A stretch of 64,000 bases of DNA from an uncultured Pirellulales bacterium (GCA_964610435.1 CAZSXM010000003.1:86575-150574); one strand, 5' to 3'. Positions 40,498-51,586 are shown, counted from the stretch's first letter. Notes: generated by a model not told the origin, from the letters alone. Made by a program: numbers and translations.

Positions 40498-41016
40498 TCA
40501 CTCGTCGGTGTCGTCGAACGTGATCAGCGCTTCTTCAAACAGGTACCTGGTTGGATTCCAGCCGATCATTCTTGTGCCGCCCTCTGGATCGCAGTCAACA
40601 TCGTCGGTCGGCACGAGCCAGATCTTGGCCCCGTCGTTCTCATCGCCTTCAGCGGGCAGGTCACCGGTGTCGACAGACCCCGCGATTCTGACGTTGCCGC
40701 CGCCGTTGGCTGTAGCGCAACCCAGGCAGATCAGCCCAGTGCCCGGCCAGGGATCGGGGTAATAGATCAGGCAATACTCAACCCCTGCCTCCAGGCCGTG
40801 GCCGTTGAAACCGAATTCGAATTCCGAGCCGGAGAGGTTGTACGTCATCTTGCCCCAGGCACCGCCCTCAACGATCTCCCACGTGGCGGGGTCCTTCTCG
40901 AAGAGGTTCAGATGCCCGACGTTCGATTTGCCGGCCGGCCCGCTCGGTCCTTTGGCGATCATCGGCAGAGTGACCAGCAGGCTCAGAACGATGCTCCAAT
41001 ACAGTAGCTTTCTCAT
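40498..41016 (-). CDS. Secreted hypothetical protein
   Basis: GGAGG RBS, signal peptide MRKLLYWSIVLSLLVTLPMIA, acidic Gly-rich mature part with 4 Cys. Confidence 0.8.
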   Translation of the reverse strand: MRKLLYWSIVLSLLVTLPMIAKGPSGPAGKSNVGHLNLFEKDPATWEIVEGGAWGKMTYNLSGSEFEFGFNGHGLEAGVEYCLIYYPDPWPGTGLICLGCATANGGGNVRIAGSVDTGDLPAEGDENDGAKIWLVPTDDVDCDPEGGTRMIGWNPTRYLFEEALITFDDTDE

Positions 41017-41417
41017 TTTGTGGCCTCCTTGCTTGTTGATACTGGTTCTCTTGGACACACGTTTCACTCAGTTGTGCCACGATTTACCCGCAGGCTCGTG
41101 CGGACGCCTCCTTTCTGGCCTTGGCGGGGGAAGGAAGAATGCGATTGCCATACGTTGCGAATGCATAATGGGGTTGGCGCGGTGATTGCGGGGTTCGGGC
41201 GGACAGTATGACGGGTCCGTTCCTGACCGGTGGCAAGGGGCGCCTGGGTGCCAACGGTGCTCATGGTAGCAGTCCTTTGCTACACGATCGCTTGCCTCGA
41301 ACCCTCATCGATTCGATTCATACGGATTCTTCGCCAAAGACGATGGTACGCACCAACTTCACGTCGGTGCGAAGAATCGTCAATACGTAGAAATACGTAT
41401 TTTGATGGTTGGCGGCG

Positions 41418-42641
41418 TCAGAAGTGGTAGGCCAGTTGGAGACGGGCGAAGTCGTCGCGGCGCAGGTCGTGCAGGACGCTGTCGGAGTGGGTCTCCAGGA
41501 AGAACCAGGCGTCGACGCTGAGCCGCCAGTTGGCGCCGAATCGCCGGCTGAACTCGACGCTCATAGCGTTCTCCGATCGCTCCAGGTCCTGGGCGAAGCC
41601 GGCGAGCAGTTGGGTGCCGGCGGCGTCGTTCGGGCTCAGGCGCATCCCGAGGAACAGGTCGTTCTGGAAGATGGTCAGGCCGCCGTCGTCCCGGTCGTTA
41701 TAGGCGTATTCGGTGAGCAGGCCGATGTCGGTGTTGCCGCCGCCGATGCCGAAGAAGGTGTACTCGAATCCGCCGGTGGCGGCGACGTAGTTCTGAAAAT
41801 AGGCGTTTCGGTAATAGGCTTCGAGCTTCCAGAGCCAGTTGCCACGGGCGTATTGCACGTCGGTGCCGAACTGGTTGATCTGCTCGTAGAAGGGGATCAG
41901 CCGGGAGTCGTCCGTATCTTCGGGATCGATCATATCGGGCGTCGCCAGCAGGGGTTCCCGGCTGGTTCCTCGGAAGAAGTGGACGCCGACGTCGGCGCTT
42001 CCGAAGGTGCGGCTGTATCGCAGGGCCACATCGACGTTTCTCTCCTTGGCGGTGCTCTCGTAGATCGTGTCATCGAGATCAACCACACGACCGGTGCGCA
42101 GCCGGCCCCTGCGGCCGGGGAACGTCCGTTCGCGGAAATAGGGAAGGATGAAGAAATCGATGGTCCCCCAACTCGGCGAGATCGAGAACTCGAGCATCGG
42201 CTGGCCCAGCTTCTCCTCGCCGTCTACGTGCTCGATGAGGTCGGTCTGGTTGACGATGTCCACGAGGTGTACGAATTCGGTTGCTCCCCAGAAGACCTTG
42301 CCGACGCCGAGGCGGACGAACCAGTTGTCCTGGCGGTAGAGGTAGTTCAACTCGCGGATATCGGCGTGGGTTCGGCGGGAGTCGGCGCTGTCGAGCCGGC
42401 CGAATGGGACGAACGTGAAGCTCGAACCGTTTTCCCAGGCGTGGTAGTACTCCGGCTGCGCGGCGATCGACGCGTTGTCCCGTTCCTGGCCTCGGTGCAG
42501 AGGGTCGCTTAGAAAGCCCCGGCCTTCCACAGCGATCCAGCCGGACAGTTCCCCGGCTCGCCCGCTGTCGGTCGCGATGGTGCAGGCGGACACTCCAATC
42601 GCCAGGGCCGCCACCCACGTCCTGATGTGCATCCGTGTCAC
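41418..42641 (-). CDS. Outer-membrane porin-like beta-barrel associated with MMPL/LolA-like genes
   Basis: Signal peptide; RLGVGKVFWGATEF, DIVNQTD, WLWKLEA; C-terminal LAYHF. Confidence 0.8.
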   Translation of the reverse strand: MTRMHIRTWVAALAIGVSACTIATDSGRAGELSGWIAVEGRGFLSDPLHRGQERDNASIAAQPEYYHAWENGSSFTFVPFGRLDSADSRRTHADIRELNYLYRQDNWFVRLGVGKVFWGATEFVHLVDIVNQTDLIEHVDGEEKLGQPMLEFSISPSWGTIDFFILPYFRERTFPGRRGRLRTGRVVDLDDTIYESTAKERNVDVALRYSRTFGSADVGVHFFRGTSREPLLATPDMIDPEDTDDSRLIPFYEQINQFGTDVQYARGNWLWKLEAYYRNAYFQNYVAATGGFEYTFFGIGGGNTDIGLLTEYAYNDRDDGGLTIFQNDLFLGMRLSPNDAAGTQLLAGFAQDLERSENAMSVEFSRRFGANWRLSVDAWFFLETHSDSVLHDLRRDDFARLQLAYHF

Positions 42642-43438
42642 CTCAGTAGCGTTAGACTCTGCCTCTCGAAGTCGATTTTCCTCAGTCCGGTCCCGAAGGT
42701 GAAGTCCGACCAGGTCAGGATCGTGCTCTTACCCGTCTGATGGTTCACCATCTCCATCTGCCGTGCCCGCCAGAACCGGTCGACATATTTTTCGTAGCCC
42801 TTGAACGTCAGCGTCTTGAGCAGTTCGTTCTTGCGGTCGTAGTAGTCCACCTTCCAGGTGCGGTAATGCTCCTTGTCGAGCCAGGCGATCTGACGCGAGT
42901 AGCCCGAATGGGCCTTGTCCACCGGTGTCCGCTCGATCACGTAGCAGTCGTTGCCGTCGTGGACTTCGTCGCGAAGCCACCGGTAGGTGTACTTGGCCAA
43001 CTCCTGGGTGGCGATATCCTCATAGGAGAACTCGCTGCCCATAAACGAGCCGGACTTGTTCTGCGCGGCGATCCGCCGGACGCGACGCAGGGCCGGAAGG
43101 TAGAGCCACTGGTCGTCGTCGGATTCCTTGTGCGTGTGGGTCAGGAGGATCGTCCCCTTGACATCAGCGGGTGTGTCGAAGATGCACAGGCTCCTCGTGC
43201 CGTTGTTCTCGACTTCGAGCGTGCGGATGCGAAGTTCCCGCACGCTCGCCTGGCCCTGCTTGTTGCGGAGGACCATATGCAGATTCGCCGTGCTGTCGCC
43301 GTATCCACGGTCACGACGGTCTGCCTCGGTGGCAATAGCCAGACCGCGCTCCTCGGGCGACGGTTCGGCCGCCGCCAACCACGGCGCCGCCGAAAAGACC
43401 ATCCATACAGCGACCCATGCACAAGCTTTGTATCTCAT
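42638..43438 (-). CDS. Outer-membrane lipoprotein-sorting (LolA-like) protein
   Basis: PADVKGT.LL, DDDQWLYLPALRRVRRI, FMGSEFSYED, YYDRKNELLK. ATGA overlap with the MMPL stop. Confidence 0.85.
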   Translation of the reverse strand: MRYKACAWVAVWMVFSAAPWLAAAEPSPEERGLAIATEADRRDRGYGDSTANLHMVLRNKQGQASVRELRIRTLEVENNGTRSLCIFDTPADVKGTILLTHTHKESDDDQWLYLPALRRVRRIAAQNKSGSFMGSEFSYEDIATQELAKYTYRWLRDEVHDGNDCYVIERTPVDKAHSGYSRQIAWLDKEHYRTWKVDYYDRKNELLKTLTFKGYEKYVDRFWRARQMEMVNHQTGKSTILTWSDFTFGTGLRKIDFERQSLTLLR

Positions 43439-45783
43439 AGACAACCATCCTGCCGATTTCCATGCGATTTGCCGACAGCAGCCAGCTTATCACCTCTGCG
43501 ATCGATTTTCAGCAAGAAACTGGGCAGCAGCAAGAAGTCCATCAGCAGAGCCAGTCCGATGACGATCGCGCACATCAGGCCCATCTCCGAACTCATCCGA
43601 TAGCGGGACAGAGTCAGCAAGCTGAACCCCGCGACCAGCGCGACCGTCGTGACCCACATGGCGGTCCCCACCGTCTGAAAGGCGTATCGCACGGCCTGGG
43701 CCGGGCTCATCTCCTGCTCGCGCCGGGCCCGCTCGTATTTGCTTAGAAAATGGACGGTGTCGTCCACGACGATGCCGATGGTCATCGCGACGACGACCGA
43801 CAAGGCCAGGCCCACCTGGCCGTTGATGAACCCCCAGACGCCGAACGCCATCGCCGGTGGCACGAGGTTGGGTACCAGGCTGATGAGGCCGAGCCGCAGG
43901 CTTCGCAGGGCCACCGTCATGATGATGGAGATCAAGAGAAGCGCCCCGAACGAACCCCTGAGCATGCTGCGGATGTTACGATGCGTGATATGCGCCCAGA
44001 TCAGGGACAGTCCCGTGCCGGAGATGTGCATGTGCCGCGGGGCGTTGTCGCGAAGCCACTGTGCGGCCTTGCCGTCGATTTCGTGCAACTCCTTGGCGCA
44101 GAGGCTCTCGAATGTCACCATGAACCTGGATGTGTCGCGGTCGACGTCGATCTGGTGGCTCAAATCGTGCCCGAGTGGGAGCGACAGTTCGTAGAACAGC
44201 AGATACTGGGCTGCCAGTTCCCGGCTGTCGGGGATACGGTGATACGCCTCATCGCCGCCGTGCATATCTCGATTGAGCCGCTTCATCGTGTCGGAGAGGG
44301 TGCTGACGTGGATCACTTTGGGTTGCCGGCGGTACCATTGGGCGAACTCGTCGAGCGTGGCCAGGTAGTTCGGATCGGCGACGCCGCCGGACTCACCTGA
44401 GCTGAGAGGGTACTCGATGATATCCCAGCCTCCGAGGTTCTCGATGAGGAAGTCTGTAGCCCGGCGGAACGCAAAGGTCTTGTCGAAGTACGTCAGGAAG
44501 TTGTCGTTCAGTTCGATTCGGAATATCCCCAGGCTTGTGACGATGCCCAGCGCCAGCATCGATGCGAACAGGGCGGATGTTCTGCGGGTAACGAAGCGCG
44601 CCAGCTTGTCACAATGGATGCGGATATGGTTCTTCTGGTCGGGTCCTGCGGAACAGGGCAGAACCGCCATCAGGGCCGGCAGCAGCAGGATCGAGCAGAA
44701 GAACGCCGCCGTAACGCCGAGGCCAACCATGTTGCCCAGATCGCGGAAGGGAGGCGATTCGGAGAAGTTCAGACTGAGAAAACCGATGACGGTTGTGATG
44801 GTGGTCAGAAAGACGGCTTGCAGATTGATCTGCACGGCCTGTGTGATGGCCTTGCGTCGTGGCACACCTTCACGCATCAGGTGCAGCATTGTGCTGAGGA
44901 TGTGTACACAGTCGGCCACCGCAAGCGTGAGAATCAGGCCGGGACCGCTGGCCGAGGCGGCGGTCAGAGGGATGCCCAGCCAGCCGGACAGGCCTAGGCC
45001 CGTGACCATCGACAGTGCGATGACGGCCAGGGCCGCGAGCACCCCGAAAAACGACCGCAGGGCCACCCCGATCACGATCGCCATCGTGACAAACATCGCC
45101 GGCGCCAGTGTGGCGAAGTCTCTCCTGCTGGCCTCCCCGAACGCCTGATCGATCATGACCGAGCCGGTGAGATAGAAATCGATCTGAGGGTATCGACTCC
45201 AGACGTCCTCCAGGATGTCCGTCGCGGCCTCTGCCACGAGCGGCGTCGCTTCCTGATGGTCGGTGGGCATGGCCAAGCCCACGAATACGCCGGCGACGTG
45301 GCCGGAAGGGGAGATCAGACGGTTGAGAATCGTCCGCTCCGACAGCGCCACCTTCCGGGCCTTCTCGATCTCGTCGTCCGACATCTCGGACGGATCGCTG
45401 ACCAGGGCTTCGACGATCAGATCATCGCCTTCGCCTCGGGTGTAGTGGAAATTGGAGACCGAGTCGACGCGCAGCGAATAGGGCACCTGCCAGCCGGCGT
45501 CCGTCAGTTCACTGATGACGGTCAAGGTTTGCCGGGTGAAGACGTCGCCATCCTCTGGGGCGACGATGAACAGGACGTTCTGTTCCTTGCTGAACGTGTT
45601 TTCCAGGGCTTTGAGGGCCTGATACTGGGGGTTCTGCTCGCCGAAGAAGGCCCGCGTGTCATTGTTGACGTGAAGGTGCCGAATGCCCAGAGCGGCCAGA
45701 CCGATCACCGGCATTGTCAGCAGAATGATCCACCAGCGGTGCCTGACTACCCAATCGCCGAGAAGGTCCTCGATTTGTGTCAT
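43435..45783 (-). CDS. MMPL/RND-family transporter
   Basis: Two-repeat topology; AVADCVH, TTITTVIGFLSL, GIVVDDTVHF, TTVALVAGF. Confidence 0.9.
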   Translation of the reverse strand: MTQIEDLLGDWVVRHRWWIILLTMPVIGLAALGIRHLHVNNDTRAFFGEQNPQYQALKALENTFSKEQNVLFIVAPEDGDVFTRQTLTVISELTDAGWQVPYSLRVDSVSNFHYTRGEGDDLIVEALVSDPSEMSDDEIEKARKVALSERTILNRLISPSGHVAGVFVGLAMPTDHQEATPLVAEAATDILEDVWSRYPQIDFYLTGSVMIDQAFGEASRRDFATLAPAMFVTMAIVIGVALRSFFGVLAALAVIALSMVTGLGLSGWLGIPLTAASASGPGLILTLAVADCVHILSTMLHLMREGVPRRKAITQAVQINLQAVFLTTITTVIGFLSLNFSESPPFRDLGNMVGLGVTAAFFCSILLLPALMAVLPCSAGPDQKNHIRIHCDKLARFVTRRTSALFASMLALGIVTSLGIFRIELNDNFLTYFDKTFAFRRATDFLIENLGGWDIIEYPLSSGESGGVADPNYLATLDEFAQWYRRQPKVIHVSTLSDTMKRLNRDMHGGDEAYHRIPDSRELAAQYLLFYELSLPLGHDLSHQIDVDRDTSRFMVTFESLCAKELHEIDGKAAQWLRDNAPRHMHISGTGLSLIWAHITHRNIRSMLRGSFGALLLISIIMTVALRSLRLGLISLVPNLVPPAMAFGVWGFINGQVGLALSVVVAMTIGIVVDDTVHFLSKYERARREQEMSPAQAVRYAFQTVGTAMWVTTVALVAGFSLLTLSRYRMSSEMGLMCAIVIGLALLMDFLLLPSFLLKIDRRGDKLAAVGKSHGNRQDGCL

Positions 45784-45849
45784 GGTCCATCCCACTGTAG
45801 TCGGCGCTTGGCTGGGCTACAAGTCTTTTCGCCTGTGCGCGGCGGGGCG

Positions 45850-45875
45850 CATCGGATGGGTCTGCTCATCCGATG
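45850..45875. repeat. REP-like palindrome, copy 1
   Basis: catcggatggg-tctg-ctcatccgatg; overlaps the glpF stop. Confidence 0.5.
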
Positions 45876-46612
45876 GTTGGCCAGAGCCCGTGGATGAAGG
45901 TGGCCAGCAAGGCGCCGAGAATGGGGCCGACGATGGGGACCCAGCTATACGCCCAGTCGCTGGCTCCCTTGTCTTTGATGGGCACCAACTGGTGGACCAG
46001 GCGCGGTCCGAGATCGCGAGCGGGGTTGATGGCGTAGCCGGTCGTGCCACCGAGCGACAGTCCGATCGCCATCACGACAAGGGCGACCGGGATGGCGCCG
46101 AGGCAGCCGAGGCCCACCTTGACCTGTTCCGTTCCGGACGTGAACGTCGGGCAGGCGGCGTACAACACAGCCAGGATCAGGATGAAGGTGCCTATGACCT
46201 CGCAGAGAACGTTTCGGATGGGGCTTCGAATCGCCGGGCCGGTGGCGAAGGTGGCGAGGATCGTACCTTGGTCGGTGGTGACGTCATAGTGGTCCTTGTA
46301 GAACAGCCAGACCAGCAATGCGCCGGCCGCACCGCCGAGGAACTGCGCGATGAGAAACATCACGACTTTCTCAGCCGCGAATTTCCCCGCCACGGCCAGA
46401 CCGATCGTCACGGCGGGATTGATGTGGGCCCCGCTGAACTCGCCGCTGATCGCCACAGCCGTGAAGACGGCCAGTCCCCAGCCCACGGTGATCACAATCC
46501 AGCCGCTGTTGTGGCCTTTCGTTCCTTTGAGGCAGACGTTGGCCACCACGCCATCGCCCAACAGCACCAGAATCATCGTCCCAATAAATTCGGCCACAAA
46601 CTCACTCATCAA
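45866..46612 (-). CDS. glpF: Aquaglyceroporin
   Basis: SGAHINPAVT and TGYAINPARDLGPR (NPA/NPARD); adjacent to glpK. Confidence 0.93.
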   Translation of the reverse strand: MMSEFVAEFIGTMILVLLGDGVVANVCLKGTKGHNSGWIVITVGWGLAVFTAVAISGEFSGAHINPAVTIGLAVAGKFAAEKVVMFLIAQFLGGAAGALLVWLFYKDHYDVTTDQGTILATFATGPAIRSPIRNVLCEVIGTFILILAVLYAACPTFTSGTEQVKVGLGCLGAIPVALVVMAIGLSLGGTTGYAINPARDLGPRLVHQLVPIKDKGASDWAYSWVPIVGPILGALLATFIHGLWPTIG

Positions 46613-46670
46613 CGTGTCTCCCTTTGATCTGCGTCTGTGCCCGGGCGCGATCGCCCGGACGCGGTGGTCG

Positions 46671-48167
46671 CTATGCGTCCCAGTTGCGCACGCGGTCCAC
46701 CGCCTTGTGCCAGCTCTTCAGAAGCTCGGCTCGTGTTTCCGGTGCCATGTGTGGCTCGAACTGGGCCCCCTTCTTCCAGATCGTGCGAATCTCAGCCAGG
46801 TCCTTCCAGTACCCGACGGCCAGCCCCGCAAAGAACGCCGCGCCCATGGCGGTGGTCTCCAGCGTCTCGGGCCGGATCACCGTCACGTCGGCCAGTCCCG
46901 CCTGAAACTCCATCAGTCGGTCATTGACCGACGCGCCACCGTCAACCCGAAGCTCGGCAATCGGGATGCCCGCGTCGTCGGCCATCGCGTCCAGCACGTC
47001 CCTGGTCTGAAACGCGATTGATTCCACGCAGGCCCGTGCGATGTGGGCGTTGGTCGTCCCCCGGGTGATGCCGAAGATCGCGCCCCGGGCATACTGATCC
47101 CAATAGGGGGCTCCCAGCCCAGCGAAGGCCGGGACCATATAGACGCCGCCGTTGTCCGCGACCGAGTTGGCGAGCGTCTCGACCTGCTCCGACCGAGTGA
47201 TGCAGCCCAGGCCGTCGCGAAGCCACTGAACGACGGCGCCGGCGATGAAGATGCTCCCTTCCAGTGCGTATGTCACCTTACCGTCCAGCTTCCAGGCGAT
47301 GGTCGTCAGCAGGTTGTTCCTGGAGCGTTTGGCTTTCTCACCCGTGTTCATCACGATAAAACAGCCGGTTCCATAGGTGTTCTTGATCATACCCTCTTCC
47401 GTGCACATTTGGCCGAACATGGCCGCCTGCTGGTCGCCGGCGATGCCGGCAATCGGGACGTTGGCGGCTGGAAACGTGGTCCCCGTCAAGCCGACCACTT
47501 CGCTGCAGCTCCTGACCTCCGGGAGCATCGAGGGCCGAACGTCGAACAGCCTGCAAAGCTCCTCGTCCCACTTCTGATCGTGGATGTTGAACAGCAGTGT
47601 CCGGCTGGCGTTGGTGATGTCCGTGCTGTGGGCGCGGCCGTTCGTCAGCTTCCAGATCAGCCACGAATCGACGGTGCCGAAGGCCAGTTCTCCCGCCTGG
47701 GCCTGCTGTCGAGCGCCGGCTACGTGATCGAGGATCCAGCGGACCTTGGTCGCGGAGAAATACGCGTCGATCACCAGCCCGGTCTTTCGTTGGATCATCT
47801 CGGCGTGTCCGGTGTTTCGCAACTCGTCGCAGAACGCCGACGTTCGGCGATCCTGCCAGACGATGGCATTGTGAATCGGCTCGCCCGTCGTGCGGTCCCA
47901 GACAATCGCGGTTTCGCGCTGATTGGTGATCCCGATTGCGGCGATCTGTTCGCCGTCGAGGTTCAGCTTGGCCATGGCCTCAGCGGCGACGCTGGCCTGG
48001 CTCGACCAGATCTCATTCGGATCGTGCTCGACCCAGCCGCTCTTGGGAAAGACCTGCTGGAATTCCTTCTGAGCGACCGAACAGACCTTGCCTTGCCGGT
48101 CGACAATCAACGCGCGGGAGCTGGTGGTGCCTTGATCGAGAGCCAGAATGTACTTCTTCTCAGCCAT
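46671..48167 (-). CDS. glpK: Glycerol kinase
   Basis: [50 protein letters not shown]. Confidence 0.96.
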   Translation of the reverse strand: MAEKKYILALDQGTTSSRALIVDRQGKVCSVAQKEFQQVFPKSGWVEHDPNEIWSSQASVAAEAMAKLNLDGEQIAAIGITNQRETAIVWDRTTGEPIHNAIVWQDRRTSAFCDELRNTGHAEMIQRKTGLVIDAYFSATKVRWILDHVAGARQQAQAGELAFGTVDSWLIWKLTNGRAHSTDITNASRTLLFNIHDQKWDEELCRLFDVRPSMLPEVRSCSEVVGLTGTTFPAANVPIAGIAGDQQAAMFGQMCTEEGMIKNTYGTGCFIVMNTGEKAKRSRNNLLTTIAWKLDGKVTYALEGSIFIAGAVVQWLRDGLGCITRSEQVETLANSVADNGGVYMVPAFAGLGAPYWDQYARGAIFGITRGTTNAHIARACVESIAFQTRDVLDAMADDAGIPIAELRVDGGASVNDRLMEFQAGLADVTVIRPETLETTAMGAAFFAGLAVGYWKDLAEIRTIWKKGAQFEPHMAPETRAELLKSWHKAVDRVRNWDA

Positions 48168-48196
48168 TGCGGATCCTTCATTTCCTGTCGATGAAC

Positions 48197-49555
48197 TCAA
48201 ATGGTGCGCAGTAGGTGGGCGGCGGCTTTGGTGCCCCGGCGGAAGCTGTCGAGGCTGAAGTGCTCGTTGGGGCCGTGGGGGCGGTCGCTGTCGAGCCCGA
48301 AGCCCATGAGCACGACGGGGCACTGCAACTGCTCGACGAAGGTGCTGACGACCGGAATGGACCCGCCGCAGCGGATGAAGGCGGGCTCGCGGCCGAAGCC
48401 TTTGCGCAGGGCCTCCTCAGCGGCGCGGATCACCGGGGTGTTCACGTCGAACAGCACCGGCGGGCTCATCATGGCAGAGTCCGGAATCTCCAGGCGGACG
48501 GTGTCCGGACAGACGGCACGGAGGTGCGCGAAGACCGCGTCGCGGACCCTGGCCGGGTCCTGGTGCGGCACGAGACGGATGCTGATCTTGGCCGTGGCAC
48601 CGGCGGGGATGATCGTCTTGGACCGCTGGCCCTGATAGCCGCCGAAGATGCCGTTGACCTCGAACGTCGGACGGGCCCAGAGCCGCTCCAGCGTGCTATA
48701 GCCGGGCTCGCCGTGCAGGCGCGGCACGTCCAGCTCGCGGGCCAGGGCCCCGTCGTCGAACGCCAGCTTGCCGAAGCCCTCGCGCTCCCAGTCTTCCAGC
48801 GGCGCAACATCGTCGTAGAAATGTGGGACCAGGACCTTGCCCTCAGGCGAGACGCAGGCCGCCAGCATCTGGGCGACGACCATCGCCGGGTTGGCCACGG
48901 CGCCGCCGTAGGCGCCTGAATGGACGTCGCTGTTGGGCCCCTTGACGGTGAACTCGAACGCCAGGATGCCGCGCAGGCCGTTCGTGATGGCCGGGGTATC
49001 GGCGTCGTACATCGTGCTGTCCGAGACGATCACGGCGTCACACGCCAGCTCGGCCCGCGCCTGCTTGATGTAGCGGGGCAGGGCGTCCCCGCCGGACTCC
49101 TCCTCGCCTTCGATCAGGAAGACCACCTCGCAGGGAAGCTGGCCCTCAGTCGCCAGCAGGCTCTCGACGGCCTTGACATGTGCGAAGAGCTGGCCCTTGT
49201 CGTCCGTCGCGCCGCGGCCGTAGAGAATGCCGTCGCGGATCGTCGGCTCGAACGGCGGGGTCTTCCACTCGTCCAGCGGGTCTTCCGGCTGCACGTCGTA
49301 GTGCCCGTAGATGACCGCACGCCGGCCCGCCTTGCCCTTGGCGGCGGCGCGGACGATCGGCTGGCCGCCGACGTCGACGAGCTGTGCGTCGAGGTCCAGC
49401 TTGCGAAGATGCGCCACCAGCCACTCGGCGCAGGCCCGCGTATCGCCGTCATGGTCCCGCTGGGCGCTGACGGATGCAAACCGCATGAACTCCTTGAGTT
49501 CTTCGATGAATCGCGGCTGATTCTCTTCGATGTACGCCTCGACGCGGTCTGTCAT
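48197..49555 (-). CDS. M20-family dipeptidase
   Basis: [45 protein letters not shown]; no signal peptide. Confidence 0.92.
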   Translation of the reverse strand: MTDRVEAYIEENQPRFIEELKEFMRFASVSAQRDHDGDTRACAEWLVAHLRKLDLDAQLVDVGGQPIVRAAAKGKAGRRAVIYGHYDVQPEDPLDEWKTPPFEPTIRDGILYGRGATDDKGQLFAHVKAVESLLATEGQLPCEVVFLIEGEEESGGDALPRYIKQARAELACDAVIVSDSTMYDADTPAITNGLRGILAFEFTVKGPNSDVHSGAYGGAVANPAMVVAQMLAACVSPEGKVLVPHFYDDVAPLEDWEREGFGKLAFDDGALARELDVPRLHGEPGYSTLERLWARPTFEVNGIFGGYQGQRSKTIIPAGATAKISIRLVPHQDPARVRDAVFAHLRAVCPDTVRLEIPDSAMMSPPVLFDVNTPVIRAAEEALRKGFGREPAFIRCGGSIPVVSTFVEQLQCPVVLMGFGLDSDRPHGPNEHFSLDSFRRGTKAAAHLLRTI

Positions 49556-51555
49556 CGGGTGTGATCCTTTCGTTCTCGTGTAGGATGGGCTTTGGCCCAT
49601 CCTGTTTTGACCGTGGTCCGATAGAGCCAGCCTGTGACGATGGCCAGCAGTGCGACGCCGACGATGCCGCCGAACGGCATGGTGCGGCCGGTGAAGTGCC
49701 CGATGATCGGCAGATCGATCTCGAACTGTTTGAGCGCGACGATGGGAATGGCGACGAGGATGCCCATCAGCGCCTCGCCGGTGATCAGGCCGGAAGCCAT
49801 GAGAAGACCGCGACGGTCCGACGCCTCCAGCTCCGCCATCTCCGTGCGGCGCAAAGCATGGTAGCGCTTGACCGCCAGACTGACGAGCCCGCCGAGGAAG
49901 ATGGGCACCGACAACTGGAACGGCAGGTAGAACCCGATCGCCACCGCCAGCACAGGGGCTCGGAAGGGATAATTCCTGGATTGCAGATACAGATCCAGTG
50001 CAATGATTAGCACCGCCAGACCCATCCCGATGCCGAAATAGCCCCACGGCAGGCCGCCTTTGAAGACGCCCTCGGCCACCGAAGCCATCAGGCTGGCCTG
50101 CGGCGCTGCGAGGGCCTTCTCGCCGGCGCCTTCCATCCCTCGAAAGCCGTAGGCGTTGTGCAGGAGCATGAGTACCGGTCCGATGATCAGGGCCGCTGAG
50201 GCGGTACCGAGCATCTCCATGACCTGCTGCTTCCAGGGCGTGGTGCCGACGAGCCGGCCGCACTTGAGGTCCTGCATCACGTCGCCGGCGATGGCGGCCG
50301 CGCAGCAGACCACGGCGCCGATGACCACGGCGGCCACCGGCCCGCCCTCGGCCGCCCGACCCATCATCAGCACGAGCATCAGCGAGGAGACCAGCACCGT
50401 CGAGATGGTGACGCCGGAGATCGGGTTGTTCGACGAGCCCACCAGACCGGCCATGTAGCCGGCCACCGCCGCGAACAGAAAGCCGGTGACCAGCATGACG
50501 CAGGCCATCACCAGCGAGATGTGAATCTGCTGCACGAAGTACTGGTAAACGAAGCACAGCGGGACCACGGAGCCGACGATCATGAAGATGATCCATTGCA
50601 TCGGCATATCCTTCTCCGTCCGGTCAATGTTGCCGGTGCCTTCTTTGATCTGCCGATAGGCCTTCAGGCCGCTGGTGACGCCGCTGACGAGGTTCTTGCG
50701 CATGTGGAAGATGGTCCACAGGCCTCCGACGAGCATGCCGCCGACGCCGATATAGCGGGTCTTGGCCGACCAGAGCTGCGAAGCGTAGTCCAAAGCGGGG
50801 ATGGCCCGTCCGGCCAGATCGTGGTCGGCGCCGTAGACGGGCCACTCGCTCATGCCGGCGACGATGGGGATCGTCAGCAGCCAGTTGGCGGCGCCGCCGA
50901 TGAAGATCAGCACCGCGATATTGAGGCCGACGATATAGCCGACGGACAGCAGGGCCGGACTGAGATTGGAGCCGAAATAGGCGATCGAGCCGCCCAGACG
51001 TGTCGCGCCCTGCATGACCTCGGGCCACAGACCGATGGCGTTGGCGCCGATCTTGAACAGCCCGCCGGCCAGAGCGGCCTTGACGATGTAGCCGATTCCC
51101 GACGCATCGGTGCGGCCGGTTTCCAGCACCTTGGCCGTCGCGACGCCCTCCGGGAACTTCAGGTCGCCCTCCACGATCAGCGAGCGACGCAGAGGAATCG
51201 TGAACAGCACGCCGAGCATGCCGCCGAAGCCGGCGATGATCGCGACCCAGACGTATTCGAATTTCTCCCAGCGTCCCATGAACAGCAAGGCCGGCAGGGT
51301 GAAGATCACCCCGGCGGCCAGCGATTCGCCCGCCGACGCGCAGGTGCCGATCAGATTGCACTCCTGGATTGTGCTGCGCCGGAAGAAGCTCATGATCCCC
51401 AGTGCGATCACCGCGGCGGGAATGGCGGCCGAGACGGTCATGCCGGCGAACAGCCCCAGGTAGGCGTTGGCGCCCGAAAGGACCACGCTCAGCAGCACGC
51501 CGAAGAAAAGGACCCTGGTTGTCAACTCCTGCGGTGCCTTGTTGGCGTCGTTCAT
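49552..51555 (-). CDS. OPT-family oligopeptide transporter
   Basis: ANAYLGLFAGMTVSAAIPAAV, ASAGESLAAG, LKFPEG.ATA, SSNNPISG, QDLK.G..VG.TPWKQQ, APQA.LMA. Confidence 0.94.
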   Translation of the reverse strand: MNDANKAPQELTTRVLFFGVLLSVVLSGANAYLGLFAGMTVSAAIPAAVIALGIMSFFRRSTIQECNLIGTCASAGESLAAGVIFTLPALLFMGRWEKFEYVWVAIIAGFGGMLGVLFTIPLRRSLIVEGDLKFPEGVATAKVLETGRTDASGIGYIVKAALAGGLFKIGANAIGLWPEVMQGATRLGGSIAYFGSNLSPALLSVGYIVGLNIAVLIFIGGAANWLLTIPIVAGMSEWPVYGADHDLAGRAIPALDYASQLWSAKTRYIGVGGMLVGGLWTIFHMRKNLVSGVTSGLKAYRQIKEGTGNIDRTEKDMPMQWIIFMIVGSVVPLCFVYQYFVQQIHISLVMACVMLVTGFLFAAVAGYMAGLVGSSNNPISGVTISTVLVSSLMLVLMMGRAAEGGPVAAVVIGAVVCCAAAIAGDVMQDLKCGRLVGTTPWKQQVMEMLGTASAALIIGPVLMLLHNAYGFRGMEGAGEKALAAPQASLMASVAEGVFKGGLPWGYFGIGMGLAVLIIALDLYLQSRNYPFRAPVLAVAIGFYLPFQLSVPIFLGGLVSLAVKRYHALRRTEMAELEASDRRGLLMASGLITGEALMGILVAIPIVALKQFEIDLPIIGHFTGRTMPFGGIVGVALLAIVTGWLYRTTVKTGWAKAHPTRERKDHTR
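49580..49603. repeat. REP-like palindrome, copy 2
   Basis: GT-aggatgggc-tttg-gcccatcct, inside the OPT 3' end. Confidence 0.55.
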
Positions 51556-51586
51556 CCGTGTCTCCTGAGAATCGAGTTGCAGACGG

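Noticed and set aside
41050-41130. Weak resemblance to a c-di-GMP-I riboswitch on the minus strand (GAAA loop, CGCACGAGCC..GG.TAAA)
   Set aside because: Lacks the GG(C)AAA start and the terminal pairing. An Rfam scan would settle it.
49556-50596. 799-aa ORF 48197-50596 suggesting a fusion upstream of the M20 peptidase
   Set aside because: The upstream part is an alternative frame of the OPT gene; M20 homology starts at the ATG at 49555.
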